From positions 1-64,000 of the IMG/VR virus record IMGVR_UViG_3300025924_000017: DNA of 64,000 nt. One strand, given 5' to 3'. This stretch comes from a virus (taxonomy: Duplodnaviria; Caudoviricetes). The position numbers and the translations under genes are program-made. Within the stretch, counting starts at the first letter, position 1, and each line of letters opens with the position of its first letter. The notes under the pieces are model-generated. The model made no database searches. It worked only from the letters and a program-made list of their open reading frames with translations, and was not told the DNA's origin. This document shows positions 27,155-36,630 of this stretch, piece by piece.

Positions 27155-27514
27155 ATGCTAGACACCGATTACGTTCGCGTCATCCCTCGCGATCTATTCA
27201 ACGAAGCCAATCTTCTGAAATGCCTCGGCAGGGTCTATATCAACCTCGAAAGTGCTGATTGTCCTGACGTGTCGCTGGAGCACGACTCCGCTCCATTCGC
27301 CGTCGCGCAGGATAGCGATAGCGGGGCGCTGTGCGTCGAGAACGTCACTCTCAAGGTACGCGGTAAGCCCTATCGGCTATTCCGTCCGCTGAACAGCCGC
27401 CGGTCATGGCCGCTATGGCTTTATCCGAATGACGATACCGAGATCGAAGTCTTCACCGACGATGGCGCGTTCTCTGAGGAGATGAAGGCATTCTTGGCTG
27501 GCGATCAGTCGTAG
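27155..27514 (+). CDS. conserved phage hypothetical protein
   Basis: YVRVIPRDLFNEANLLKCLG motif. Confidence 0.7.
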   Translation: MLDTDYVRVIPRDLFNEANLLKCLGRVYINLESADCPDVSLEHDSAPFAVAQDSDSGALCVENVTLKVRGKPYRLFRPLNSRRSWPLWLYPNDDTEIEVFTDDGAFSEEMKAFLAGDQS

Positions 27515-27524
27515 CGAAAGTGTT

Positions 27525-27573
27525 GGAGGCCTGTCCGCCGACTGTTGACAAATCCCGACCGCTCTGCTAGGAG
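27525..27573 (+). promoter_or_regulatory. sigma70-type promoter, probably leaderless
   Basis: TTGACA 27545-27550; GC-TAGGAG; ATG 27580. Confidence 0.6.
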
Positions 27574-27579
27574 TGTCTG

Positions 27580-27804
27580 ATGATCAGAGCCACCGACTTC
27601 ACCTCCGAAGAAGATTACCTTACGGCACTCGACGAGGAAGCCGCCGGACCGGCGTCTCCGCAGCAGGCCGCCCGCGAATATGCGTACAACGTCGGGCAGG
27701 AGCGTCCGGATCAGGCTTGGATTTTGACCGGCTTCGATTCGTGGGAGCCGAACCCGTTCTACAAGGGACCGCCCGTGCCTCATCCAGAGGCCGACGAGGA
27801 CTGA
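27580..27804 (+). CDS. conserved phage hypothetical protein
   Basis: AWILT.FDSW..NPFYKGPP.PHPE motif. Confidence 0.7.
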   Translation: MIRATDFTSEEDYLTALDEEAAGPASPQQAAREYAYNVGQERPDQAWILTGFDSWEPNPFYKGPPVPHPEADED

Positions 27805-27805
27805 G

Positions 27806-28228
27806 ATGGCATTCGAAACCGACGTGCGCGCCGCCGAGCGTCTCATCGCAGAACTGGCGAAGCCGCTACCGCCGGACAAAGAGTCGCTCGGCGTCGAGGG
27901 TATGTTCGACCCTTGGGCGTTGTTCGATGGGATGCAGCGTGTGGGCGCCTATTCCTCTGACATCGACATGGTCGCGATCTGGAGCTTGGAAGCCCTGTCC
28001 CAGCGCTATGGTATCGGCTGGTTTCCCCGGGAGTACCAGTTAGCCGCAGAGATGTTCTTTCACATGCTTTGCGGGAATCACTACTGCGACTATGGGGTGA
28101 GCCCGCGCGGCGCCTTCATGACGGCCGAATCCGCACCGCATCTGACCGCGTGGATCGCAAAGTATCGGGAATGGTACGTGGTCAACTGGGGTAAAGAGTG
28201 TCCGCCATGGGTTGCGAGCCCCGCATAA
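27806..28228 (+). CDS. hypothetical protein
   Basis: GAGGA RBS; CDYGVSPRGAF. Confidence 0.65.
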   Translation: MAFETDVRAAERLIAELAKPLPPDKESLGVEGMFDPWALFDGMQRVGAYSSDIDMVAIWSLEALSQRYGIGWFPREYQLAAEMFFHMLCGNHYCDYGVSPRGAFMTAESAPHLTAWIAKYREWYVVNWGKECPPWVASPA

Positions 28229-28464
28229 CTGACCGTCTACAGGGGCGCGTCCGCCCGGGGCGACCAGCGGCGCCGGATCGGCGAGACGGCCGTGGGCGGC
28301 CCGGATTTTGAGGCTGGTGGCGATCTGACGGGTTGACTCTGGGTTCTGGGCGACCGCAGGTCACGACGAGGCCCGGAGGGCGCTCGGAGTTCCACTGTCA
28401 AGACCGTTGACACCATTGTCGTAATTTGCGACACAGCCGGGGTCACCACTTTGCCCCCGGCCCT

Positions 28465-29691
28465 ATGCTCGAATTCATCACGGAATTCTTCAAAGCCCAG
28501 CCCGTGCTCGCGGGTATGGGCTCGGCGACCGCCGCCGGTGTCGTCCTCGGCAACGCAAAAGCGCTCCCCGGCAAGATTTGGAACGGCCTGACCGATCAAT
28601 TCTCCGTGTCGGTCCAGATGTTTTCCGAGGATCAGGTCTTCGAGTCGCTCGAACGCTGGCTCTCGAAACAACCCAGCACCCGGAAGATGCGGCGCCTGCA
28701 CACCGCCGAATGGTACGACCGTGCCCAGCGCAAGAGCGTGTTCGGTCTGGCGCCGGGCGCCGGGCTCCATGCGATCTGGTTAGACGGGCGCCCGTTCTTC
28801 ATCCACCGCATGATCGAGGATTCCAAGGGCGAGGGTGGCGGCTATGCACGCAAACGGAAGCAAACCATCACGATCACAACTCCCGGACGCAGTCAGACCC
28901 CGATTCTCGATCTCGTCGAACGCATCCGCAATGTCGAAGCGTCGGAAGACGTGGTGCCGGTCTATTACTGGAACGGGGTTGAGGCGTGGCGTGTGGATGA
29001 CCGTCCGAAACGTTCGATGGAGACGGTCTACCTCGACCCAGAATTGAAGGTCGAGATCATCGACGATCTTCGGAAGTTCCTGAATTCCCGGGAGCAATAT
29101 CACCAGCGCGGTACGCCTTGGCGGCGGGGGTATTGCTTCACCGGCATCCCCGGCGTCGGCAAGACAACAATGATCTTCGCGCTCGCCAGCCTCTTCAGCA
29201 AAGCGATCTACATCATCCCGTTGTCCGCCGTGACGAACGACAAGGAATTGCTGAATGCTATCAATGCAGCCGGTGACGCATTTGTTGTGATCGAGGATGT
29301 AGACAGCGTAAAGGCCTCCGAGAGCCGTGAGACGGCGCTCAATAACAGCGCAGTTTACGATACCACCAAAGCCGGGATCACGCGCAGCGGGCTCCTGAAT
29401 GCCCTAGACGGCATCGGCGCGCGCGAAGGCCGCGTGCTGTTCATGACGACGAACTCGCCTGAGGTGCTGGATGAAGCGCTCTTGCGTGACGGTCGCATCG
29501 ACGTGAACCGCGAGTTTTCTCCCGCAACTGCTGGTGAAGCCAAAGCGATGTTCATGCGTTTCTTCCCCGAGGGAGACGCCGAAGCGTTCGTTGCGGAAAT
29601 TAACCACCTGCTGCCACTATCGCAGGCCGCTCTACAGAATTTGCTACTTTCTCGCGAAAGTATCAACCAAACCTCTGGTGATTGTCCGTAA
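28465..29691 (+). CDS. BCS1-like AAA+ ATPase with N-terminal membrane segment
   Basis: PWRRGYCFTGIPGVGKTT (Walker A), IEDVD (Walker B), SGLLNALDG, LLRDGRID. Confidence 0.9.
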   Translation: MLEFITEFFKAQPVLAGMGSATAAGVVLGNAKALPGKIWNGLTDQFSVSVQMFSEDQVFESLERWLSKQPSTRKMRRLHTAEWYDRAQRKSVFGLAPGAGLHAIWLDGRPFFIHRMIEDSKGEGGGYARKRKQTITITTPGRSQTPILDLVERIRNVEASEDVVPVYYWNGVEAWRVDDRPKRSMETVYLDPELKVEIIDDLRKFLNSREQYHQRGTPWRRGYCFTGIPGVGKTTMIFALASLFSKAIYIIPLSAVTNDKELLNAINAAGDAFVVIEDVDSVKASESRETALNNSAVYDTTKAGITRSGLLNALDGIGAREGRVLFMTTNSPEVLDEALLRDGRIDVNREFSPATAGEAKAMFMRFFPEGDAEAFVAEINHLLPLSQAALQNLLLSRESINQTSGDCP

Positions 29692-29724
29692 TCTTGTCAT
29701 TTAACCACGGCTACGTCATAAGCG

Positions 29725-29753
29725 TTGACAAATTGTATTCAAACATTCATATT
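29725..29753 (+). promoter_or_regulatory. sigma70-type promoter
   Basis: TTGACA-N17-CATATT. Confidence 0.55.
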
Positions 29754-29782
29754 CCCGCGCATTGGTGAACACTGGATAGGCA

Positions 29783-30898
29783 ATGCCACGCTCAAAAGGC
29801 AGTACGATCATTCCAAAAACGATTGGCGGGAAAGCGGTAACGCAGACCGAGTTCAAAGAAGCGATCATCGTTGCGCTACATGAACTCGGGCACGCAAAAC
29901 CGCGTGAGGTTGCTCTGCAACTAGGTCCAGAATGGTCGCAGAATGCCGCAGCCGGGCATCGCCTTGCACAGACAATGTCAAACATGCTGCGCGGCGGCCG
30001 TCTCACCGTCAAAGACGGGTACTACAGTGTCTCGGTCAAACACACCTCGCGATTCACACGCGGCTCGCTCGAAGAGTCGGTGATCGAGACGATCCGCTAT
30101 TTCGGAGGACTGGCGCGCGCACGCGACATCCTCGAAGATTTTGGCGCGCGCCCGGCGGCGCACAAAGACGCGTTCACCGCTGGCGGGCGCGGCGGCGGTC
30201 ATGCCCGCAATATCTATCGAGTGTTACGCGAAAGCCCACGGATCGTGAGATACGAAGGCGCACGCACCAACAACGCCTTGAGCGCAATGTGGGGCTTGCC
30301 GTGGGGCAAGATGCTCCAAGAGCCATTGACAGGCGCCAGCTTCGACTTTCTCGCGAAGGGTGGTTTTCTCCTTAACAGCAGCCTCGAAGGGCAGGGCGGT
30401 CGCGACCGCGAAGCCGCACTCTACGAACGCATCAAGCATCACTACGAAAAGGTCGGTGCTGCGTTCCGCGAAGCACGCGAAGCCGTCGATTTCGATATCG
30501 ACAATGTTGTGGCGAACAAAGAAGTCCGCGATCAACTCGAAGACATCAAAAATCGCGGGACCACACTCACCACGCGTATCTACGACGAGATCAGGTCCGA
30601 GGCCGAGCGCATGGCGCGCAGTGCCAACCGGGGAGACGACGCCGCTTACGTGCGCCAATTGCGCGAAATCGAGAACGGCAACGTACACGCATACTTCCTT
30701 GCGTATTTCGAACGCGGTGATCCGATGACCCACACCTGTGCGCATGCGAACTTTTATCGGGTGTTCGCAAAGATGTTCGGCATCTGCCCGGCATCGCTCT
30801 CGCGGGGTACGGTCGTGCCAATGCTCGCGCCGGTCGAGTCGCCGGAGGAGGATTCCGCGCAGTCGCTAATCGAACTGACCGATCTGGCGGCCGTATAA
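29783..30898 (+). CDS. putative DNA-binding protein (tandem winged-helix-like N-terminus)
   Basis: Two helix-helix-wing-like segments ending GYYSV and MWGL; fold call is inference. Confidence 0.6.
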   Translation: MPRSKGSTIIPKTIGGKAVTQTEFKEAIIVALHELGHAKPREVALQLGPEWSQNAAAGHRLAQTMSNMLRGGRLTVKDGYYSVSVKHTSRFTRGSLEESVIETIRYFGGLARARDILEDFGARPAAHKDAFTAGGRGGGHARNIYRVLRESPRIVRYEGARTNNALSAMWGLPWGKMLQEPLTGASFDFLAKGGFLLNSSLEGQGGRDREAALYERIKHHYEKVGAAFREAREAVDFDIDNVVANKEVRDQLEDIKNRGTTLTTRIYDEIRSEAERMARSANRGDDAAYVRQLREIENGNVHAYFLAYFERGDPMTHTCAHANFYRVFAKMFGICPASLSRGTVVPMLAPVESPEEDSAQSLIELTDLAAV

Positions 30899-31566
30899 TG
30901 TTACAAGCCTACGCCGTCACCGAGCACTGCGAAAACACGGGCGGCATCGTCTTCGCCAACTCCGATATCGAAGCGCGGAAGCGCGGCGCAAGTGAATACG
31001 CGGACGGTGAGATCACCGAAGTGAGTTGCAAACGTGCGCCGTGGGCGGATCAGTACGCGGCTGCCGGTCGTGTTCCGGTCCTCGTGATGATCGAATACGG
31101 CTGGTGGTGGACTTGCAACGGGTGTGAGAGAACCGTCACATCCGATTTTGAAGATTACGATGACGACGACGTCGTCATCGATCTTCACCCGGTAGAAGAC
31201 GCACGCGGGTTCTGGTGCACGCCGGAATGTCGTGATCGCGATCTGCGTGAACGTGCCGAGCGCAAGATATTCAACGCGATGATCCTCGATCACTTAAGGA
31301 TGCTGCTCGCGAAACGGCTGCCCGGCGCCATCGCGGTCGAAAACGAAGGGCACGTCTACGCCGTTCTGAACGACGGGTTGTGGACCGCGCAGCAGGCGAG
31401 GATCGATTTCCGTTTTCCCGGCTGTGTCATTGCCCCGGCGAGTTTTCGACTAGGCTGTAACCCGAACACAAACGAAATCGAGGCGCTCGTGTGCGCGGGC
31501 GATCTTGAGGCTTACAAGGCGTGGCGTGCGACGGCCACACAAGAGAAAGAAATCCCCAATGGCTGA
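30898..31566 (+). CDS. conserved phage hypothetical protein
   Basis: TAATG coupling; RAPWADQY..GWWWTCNGC. Confidence 0.75.
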   Translation: MLQAYAVTEHCENTGGIVFANSDIEARKRGASEYADGEITEVSCKRAPWADQYAAAGRVPVLVMIEYGWWWTCNGCERTVTSDFEDYDDDDVVIDLHPVEDARGFWCTPECRDRDLRERAERKIFNAMILDHLRMLLAKRLPGAIAVENEGHVYAVLNDGLWTAQQARIDFRFPGCVIAPASFRLGCNPNTNEIEALVCAGDLEAYKAWRATATQEKEIPNG

Positions 31567-31861
31567 AACCCCTGTCCGCGCCTTGTTTGTAAACGTCGCC
31601 GATCTCGTCGATCCAAACGATCCATCAGGACGGACATTCCGCCAGATCAACGCCGAGATAGATCACGGTATCCCGCTGGGAGCGCTCTGCGAACTCGAAA
31701 GCGGCGCGCGCTTGTTCGTGATCAAGCACGACCGCGACTGCGATCAGACGCCACTCTACGCGCTGGCGCCCGACAAGGATGCCGATCCGAAGGACATCTT
31801 TGGCGCCGGTGTCGTGCGCGGTTACAGCGAGGACGCGCTTAAGCCGGTGATCCATGGGTAA
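31559..31861 (+). CDS. hypothetical protein
   Basis: HRDCDQTPLY-like motif. Confidence 0.65.
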   Translation: MAETPVRALFVNVADLVDPNDPSGRTFRQINAEIDHGIPLGALCELESGARLFVIKHDRDCDQTPLYALAPDKDADPKDIFGAGVVRGYSEDALKPVIHG

Positions 31862-32087
31862 GCCGACCGACGACACGATCCCACCGCCGCTCTGTGTCTT
31901 CTGTAGTACGCCGTGGACCGACGACATGCTCGAAGTGTTCGCGAAGACCGAACTGGATCACGGGTTCTACCCGGATGATCATGCGAGGGTGGTCGATGCG
32001 GACGTCTCGATCAAGGTGACGTGCTCGACGTGCAAGCGCGTGGTCTATGTGAAGGAAATCAGGAACGTATCGAATGTCGAAAAGTAG
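31854..32087 (+). CDS. small CxxC protein
   Basis: CVFC..CSTC. Confidence 0.65.
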   Translation: MGKPTDDTIPPPLCVFCSTPWTDDMLEVFAKTELDHGFYPDDHARVVDADVSIKVTCSTCKRVVYVKEIRNVSNVEK

Positions 32088-32106
32088 GCTTTGAAGGGTT
32101 GTTAAA

Positions 32107-32517
32107 ATGAGCGAGCACATCCGCAATCTCAAAAACTACCAGACCGGCATCGACTATCTACGCAAGCTCGACCCGGAGAAATTCAACATCTGCACGTATG
32201 GCTACGAGCGTGAAGGCTGTGGCTTCGTCGGGTGCGCAGCGGGCTGGTGGGCCTACGACGATGTGTTTCCGAGATACACACTCGGCTCGACCATACACGG
32301 CTATCACCCGGTTTACACCGACGAACGTGGTGAGAAGTACTCCGGCGCAACTGCGATTGCCGTATTGCTGGGCATCACCGGCGATATTGCGCACGAGCTT
32401 TTCAATGGCCTCTGGCGGAACATCCCACCCAGTTTGGTGACACCCGATGCCGTCGCCGACGCCATGGTCACCTATCGGGACAGCGGTGTTTGCGTGACGG
32501 CGCTCGCGGAATGCTGA
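32107..32517 (+). CDS. hypothetical protein
   Basis: CGFVGCAAGW motif. Confidence 0.65.
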   Translation: MSEHIRNLKNYQTGIDYLRKLDPEKFNICTYGYEREGCGFVGCAAGWWAYDDVFPRYTLGSTIHGYHPVYTDERGEKYSGATAIAVLLGITGDIAHELFNGLWRNIPPSLVTPDAVADAMVTYRDSGVCVTALAEC

Positions 32518-32825
32518 CCAAGCGCCAACTCGAAATCCTCGACATGCTTTGCAAGTCCGAAGATCGCGAGATCGTCTGCGACGGCCGTCACTGCATGATC
32601 GATCTGGAAAACATCTCGCGAAAATCGGTCTACGCGCTGCTCGGGCACATGGCGATCAAGGATGCTGGTTACGCCAGTGCTGGGTGTGACATCTACAAGC
32701 CGTCACTAGAAGCGGAGAAAATCGTCAGGCGCCCGGCGCTCGCCGATGAGATGGTTGCCCGCGTGATCATGCGCAAGCCGTTCTATGTCGATGACGACGG
32801 AAACATTCAGGATTCTAAGGCATGA
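32511..32825 (+). CDS. possible winged-helix protein
   Basis: MLTKRQLEIL start. Confidence 0.6.
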   Translation: MLTKRQLEILDMLCKSEDREIVCDGRHCMIDLENISRKSVYALLGHMAIKDAGYASAGCDIYKPSLEAEKIVRRPALADEMVARVIMRKPFYVDDDGNIQDSKA

Positions 32826-33157
32826 CGTTTCGCTGTCAAAAAGAGCACGGCCATGAAGGCGAGTGCGTGAAGTCGGCCGAAGCTTTCATCGCGGGCGGCG
32901 TCATCCAAATCCGCATTCCGGTGGACTACTTGCCGGTGATCGTGGACGGCGCGTGGGCGGCTGGCGGCATGAATACGCGTTGGCTCGTGACCGATGCGAA
33001 GACATTCGCGCAAGGCGTCTGCACCGCGCTCAATCAGGAAGACGAGGTCGGCACGACCGCGATCCATCGCATGTTCGATAAGGCGTTCCTCGAAGCCATC
33101 GAACAGGGCACCGAGGGGATCGAGGAGCATCCGGATCAAAAGGAAATGATGGGATGA
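32822..33157 (+). CDS. hypothetical protein
   Basis: ATGA overlap. Confidence 0.65.
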   Translation: MTFRCQKEHGHEGECVKSAEAFIAGGVIQIRIPVDYLPVIVDGAWAAGGMNTRWLVTDAKTFAQGVCTALNQEDEVGTTAIHRMFDKAFLEAIEQGTEGIEEHPDQKEMMG

Positions 33158-33357
33158 ACAGAGCACAATGTCAGGCAATGGCGGCAAAGATGCGCGAGCA
33201 CATCAGATGTATTGACGACCGCGCACGAAACACGCTTCCGATGCCTGTAGAGGACAAAACCGCGCATCGCGTCCTCGCCGCGCTCGCTGCCGGTTATGAC
33301 GCTGCGGCGGAAGTTGCGTCACCGGGATGTCACTGCGCGCTCGATCCGGAACAGTGA
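33154..33357 (+). CDS. hypothetical protein
   Basis: ATGA overlap. Confidence 0.55.
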   Translation: MNRAQCQAMAAKMREHIRCIDDRARNTLPMPVEDKTAHRVLAALAAGYDAAAEVASPGCHCALDPEQ

Positions 33358-33470
33358 TGCATCCTGATCTCATCACGATCATCGTTGGCTTTTGTGAACT
33401 CGTGATCGCCGCAGGCGTCGTCACGGTCGCGTGCTGGATCGATGATATTCTGGACTGGCTGCTCGGATGA
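33357..33470 (+). CDS. small membrane peptide
   Basis: Coupled at both ends; hydrophobic. Confidence 0.45.
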   Translation: MHPDLITIIVGFCELVIAAGVVTVACWIDDILDWLLG

Positions 33471-33664
33471 AACCCTGCATCGTCTGCGACGGCTCGCGTA
33501 CGCTCAAGCCCGACTTCCGCGCATGCCCGGCCTGCCTGTGGGCGTGGCTGACGCCGCACATCGATGCAACCCGCGTGCAATATCCGAAAACGGCGATCCC
33601 CACGATGACGCAGACCGCCGAAGTGATTCAGTTCGACGTATACAAACAGGCAAGAGCGCGATGA
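33467..33664 (+). CDS. small CxxC protein
   Basis: CIVC..CPAC. Confidence 0.55.
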   Translation: MKPCIVCDGSRTLKPDFRACPACLWAWLTPHIDATRVQYPKTAIPTMTQTAEVIQFDVYKQARAR

Positions 33665-33909
33665 AGCTCAAAGTCCAAACCCGCCGCATGACCACATCGC
33701 GGACTGACGAGACGAAACATGAGCATTTCACCATGCTCGTTCGCGAAGACGGGAAGACGCACGATCTCTGGATGCGGTACGATCCGCAAGAGGCGCATTT
33801 TCAATCACTGGAGCTTGCGAAATTCTTGGACGTGCCGTGCGATCCGCTCGTGATCGATGGTAAGCCGGTCGAGATGGACGGCGTGTTCAAGACGATGCTG
33901 GAGGATTAG
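33661..33909 (+). CDS. hypothetical protein
   Basis: ATGA overlap. Confidence 0.6.
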   Translation: MKLKVQTRRMTTSRTDETKHEHFTMLVREDGKTHDLWMRYDPQEAHFQSLELAKFLDVPCDPLVIDGKPVEMDGVFKTMLED

Positions 33910-34194
33910 ATGCGCGCGAAGGAAACCACGAGAGAGCTTGCTGCGCGTTGGGAGTCACTGACCTTCGAGGAGAAGAAGTCGATCCTCGCAATGCGGAGTA
34001 AACTAGCCAAAGCCAAGTTGCGTTCCAGACTGCGCATTGGCGACAAGATTCGCGCCACGAGAGCAGAATGCGGCGCTCGCGAGGCGTCGTTTTTCTTCGC
34101 TGGGTGGAGCGGCGGATGGATCATGTCCAGTGGAGGGTCGAGCATATCCCCCGGGATGGTCTACAGCGTCAACGGGGACGTGCTCGTCATATGA
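33910..34194 (+). CDS. hypothetical protein
   Basis: GGAGG RBS. Confidence 0.6.
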   Translation: MRAKETTRELAARWESLTFEEKKSILAMRSKLAKAKLRSRLRIGDKIRATRAECGAREASFFFAGWSGGWIMSSGGSSISPGMVYSVNGDVLVI

Positions 34195-34415
34195 GATCAT
34201 CGCCCGATGACATCGTCTACACTTCCTACACCGGCACTGCAAAGCGTCAGCTTTCTATTCCAAGGATCACGCCCATCCACGGTCTGCGCTTTCGCACGCC
34301 GCTCACGGACATCCCCATGCCGTACACCGGGCTCCTAGAGGTCGGCCCGTTATCGCGTTGGGAGAAATTTGTGCGGACGGTTCGGCGCCTGTTCGGTCTT
34401 AAAGGATACACATGA
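34191..34415 (+). CDS. hypothetical protein
   Basis: ATGA overlap. Confidence 0.55.
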   Translation: MRSSPDDIVYTSYTGTAKRQLSIPRITPIHGLRFRTPLTDIPMPYTGLLEVGPLSRWEKFVRTVRRLFGLKGYT

Positions 34416-34629
34416 TCGGTTCTATCGTTTTTGTGACAACAAAGCCTGCTGGAATAGCATCTTCGTGAAGGCTCCGACGCCTGAGGCTGTGGCGCACCAC
34501 ATCGCGCAGAAGCGTCCCGCTTCTTGGGCTGCGACCAAAGAGCCGGATGGGACGTTCGGTCATTGGTGTCCACATCACACGATCTCAAACTCGGGCGAGA
34601 TGTTCGACGTAACACCGGTGCGCGGCTGA
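34412..34629 (+). pseudogene. small CxxxC..CPxH gene with an apparent 1-nt frameshift in a T run
   Basis: Coupled ATG 34412 is out of frame with CDNKACW..WCPHH; adding one T at 34428-34432 joins them. Confidence 0.45.
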
Positions 34630-34979
34630 TGTGTCAGCATTGCTATGAAAGCGAAGGCTCTCCCGTCCCCGGCGCCGATGCCCGCGCCATCGCGTCGCGT
34701 TTGAACGAAGTCGATCCATTCGGCGGATGTCACATCGTGGTCGAAGACTGGAACATGGAGGACGAGCATATCCAGTACTGCATCGACAACTCCAGCACGA
34801 CCGACACGGAACGCGAGATCATGCGCGATCTCCTGAAACTACCACTGGATCAGCGCTACGCGGCGATTGCATATGCGCAGGAGTTCGTGATCGCGAATCC
34901 CTGCAAGCATGAGAACGCCGTCGATGGGGTCTCCGGTGGTTGGGAATGTCCCGACTGTGGAGCGTGTGATTTCCTATGA
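34629..34979 (+). CDS. Cys-rich protein
   Basis: MCQHC..GWECPDCG. Confidence 0.65.
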   Translation: MCQHCYESEGSPVPGADARAIASRLNEVDPFGGCHIVVEDWNMEDEHIQYCIDNSSTTDTEREIMRDLLKLPLDQRYAAIAYAQEFVIANPCKHENAVDGVSGGWECPDCGACDFL

Positions 34980-35422
34980 GCGACTATGAAACGACTGTTG
35001 ATCGCAAAGCTATCCTCCGCGCGATGGATAAGAGAGATCGCCTCGGTACGGATGGCGTCTTCGAACTCTTGACGAAGGGCCGCAAAGACAAGAGCGGCAC
35101 CTTTACGCCCGGTTGTGGGCTACCGCCGTCGCAAGCGCTCTACATCTGCCGCTTTCTCGAAATAGGCTCCAGTTCCGATCTCGAAAAACGCCTCAATTTG
35201 ATTTTCGCGTTGGACAGTTACGAGGTCTACTTCGAGTACACCGCGTTCGAGCAATTGTTGGATATGCTCGACAAGTCGCATCCGCGCTACTGGCACAATG
35301 TCGCGTGCGCTCTCGACGACATCGTCGCGGAAATCGAACGGCGCGGCGGCTCTCTGACACGTCCGACCGTTATGGATTATTTCCGGGAATGGAAAAACGC
35401 ACCCAAAGATAACGCCGAATGA
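34976..35422 (+). CDS. hypothetical protein
   Basis: ATGA overlap. Confidence 0.65.
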   Translation: MSDYETTVDRKAILRAMDKRDRLGTDGVFELLTKGRKDKSGTFTPGCGLPPSQALYICRFLEIGSSSDLEKRLNLIFALDSYEVYFEYTAFEQLLDMLDKSHPRYWHNVACALDDIVAEIERRGGSLTRPTVMDYFREWKNAPKDNAE

Positions 35423-35658
35423 CTTACAAACCCGTCCGCGCAGGCTTCAAGCAAATCCGCTGCACGACATGCGGCCCCGGCAGGCCGTCAGTCGGTTGCG
35501 CCGATTGCCGTGGCTCCGGCTATGTCGAGGTGCGGGACAACTGTCCACACACCAACGTCAGCTACGATCCCATGTGTCATGGCTGGGAGTGTCACGACTG
35601 CGGAGGGAGCGGGCCGTGGAAGGGACGTGCGCCGGGACGGTGGGGATTCCGCTCATGA
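35419..35658 (+). CDS. zinc-finger-like protein
   Basis: CTTC..CADCRG.G..GWECHDCG. Confidence 0.6.
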   Translation: MTYKPVRAGFKQIRCTTCGPGRPSVGCADCRGSGYVEVRDNCPHTNVSYDPMCHGWECHDCGGSGPWKGRAPGRWGFRS

Positions 35659-35783
35659 GTTGGTATTTCTGGAAGTTCATCCACAACGCGCTGATCCATC
35701 CGCTGCTCGCGTTCCCTTGGGAGCCACGATGGGTGCAGCGCGCACATGACTGGACGGCGAAGCGCTGTCCGGGCGGAGGCTGA
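35655..35783 (+). CDS. small protein
   Basis: MSWYFWKFIHNALIHPL..AHDWTA. Confidence 0.55.
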   Translation: MSWYFWKFIHNALIHPLLAFPWEPRWVQRAHDWTAKRCPGGG

Positions 35784-35784
35784 T

Positions 35785-36027
35785 ATGGCATTTCTCAGAC
35801 ACTACACCGCGACCTGCGAGCACAAGCATTGCCACGAAGAAATCACCGTGCGCGCCATAGGCCCGAATACGGGCGCCGATATGATGGCAAAAGATGGGTG
35901 GCAGGTCTGGCGAAAATACAGCAACGGATGGGAAGAAGCGCCTTCCCACAAGTGGACGACGTACTGCCCAACGCATCACCGCAAGCGGGGCTTCGCATAC
36001 GACCATACACCACCAGAGGAACCGTGA
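35785..36027 (+). CDS. small Cys/His protein
   Basis: GGAGG RBS; CEHKHC..YCPTH. Confidence 0.6.
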   Translation: MAFLRHYTATCEHKHCHEEITVRAIGPNTGADMMAKDGWQVWRKYSNGWEEAPSHKWTTYCPTHHRKRGFAYDHTPPEEP

Positions 36028-36194
36028 TGCTCAAACTGCTCGGAAAATTCGTCACCACTCCCAGCGGCAACATCGACGGTCTGAGATTCCTGACCGTCTG
36101 TGTTGTGGGTTGGTTTATCGGGGCAGGGCTGGCGCTGTTGTCCGTCGCCATCGCCCCGCATCTACAATCCTTCGCGACGTGGTGGAATCTGTGA
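36027..36194 (+). CDS. small membrane protein
   Basis: TGATG coupling; hydrophobic. Confidence 0.55.
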   Translation: MLKLLGKFVTTPSGNIDGLRFLTVCVVGWFIGAGLALLSVAIAPHLQSFATWWNL

Positions 36195-36421
36195 ATCGGA
36201 TCAACTATCTCACGCCCTATGAGTGTGCGCGTCTGCGCGACAAGCTTCTAGAGCGTGCCCGGCACACGAAACGTCCCGGACGATCCGCCAAGCACGTATG
36301 CCGAGTGCACGCCACACTGATGATGCGCGCTTACGGGCGCTACGACGCACAGCGCGGCACTTACAGACAGGCGCTTCTCTGGGCGCTCTCGATGTTGAAG
36401 CCGCAAGAAACAAGAATATGA
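36191..36421 (+). CDS. small basic protein
   Basis: GTGA overlap. Confidence 0.55.
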   Translation: MNRINYLTPYECARLRDKLLERARHTKRPGRSAKHVCRVHATLMMRAYGRYDAQRGTYRQALLWALSMLKPQETRI

Positions 36422-36630
36422 CCGGTAAAACATCCGACGCCGAATCATCCTCGTTAAAAGCGCTACGGGAGCGCTGCGCACAAGTCGCAGACGCCGAATA
36501 CAACAAATGGGCCGCTCTGGCTGACATGTACCGGCTCGAAGGTCGTGAGGATTCCATGGATCGATGCTTCGCCCGTGCACGCGCTTCGGAAGCCATCGCC
36601 GCCAACATCCGCGCGGTGACACTCGAATGA
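36418..36630 (+). CDS. hypothetical protein
   Basis: ATGA overlap. Confidence 0.55.
   Translation: MTGKTSDAESSSLKALRERCAQVADAEYNKWAALADMYRLEGREDSMDRCFARARASEAIAANIRAVTLE

Noticed and set aside
28229-28401. Leftward promoter and ncRNA upstream of the AAA ATPase
   Set aside because: TGTCAA is present, but there is no acceptable -10 at 17-18 nt and no convincing fold by eye.
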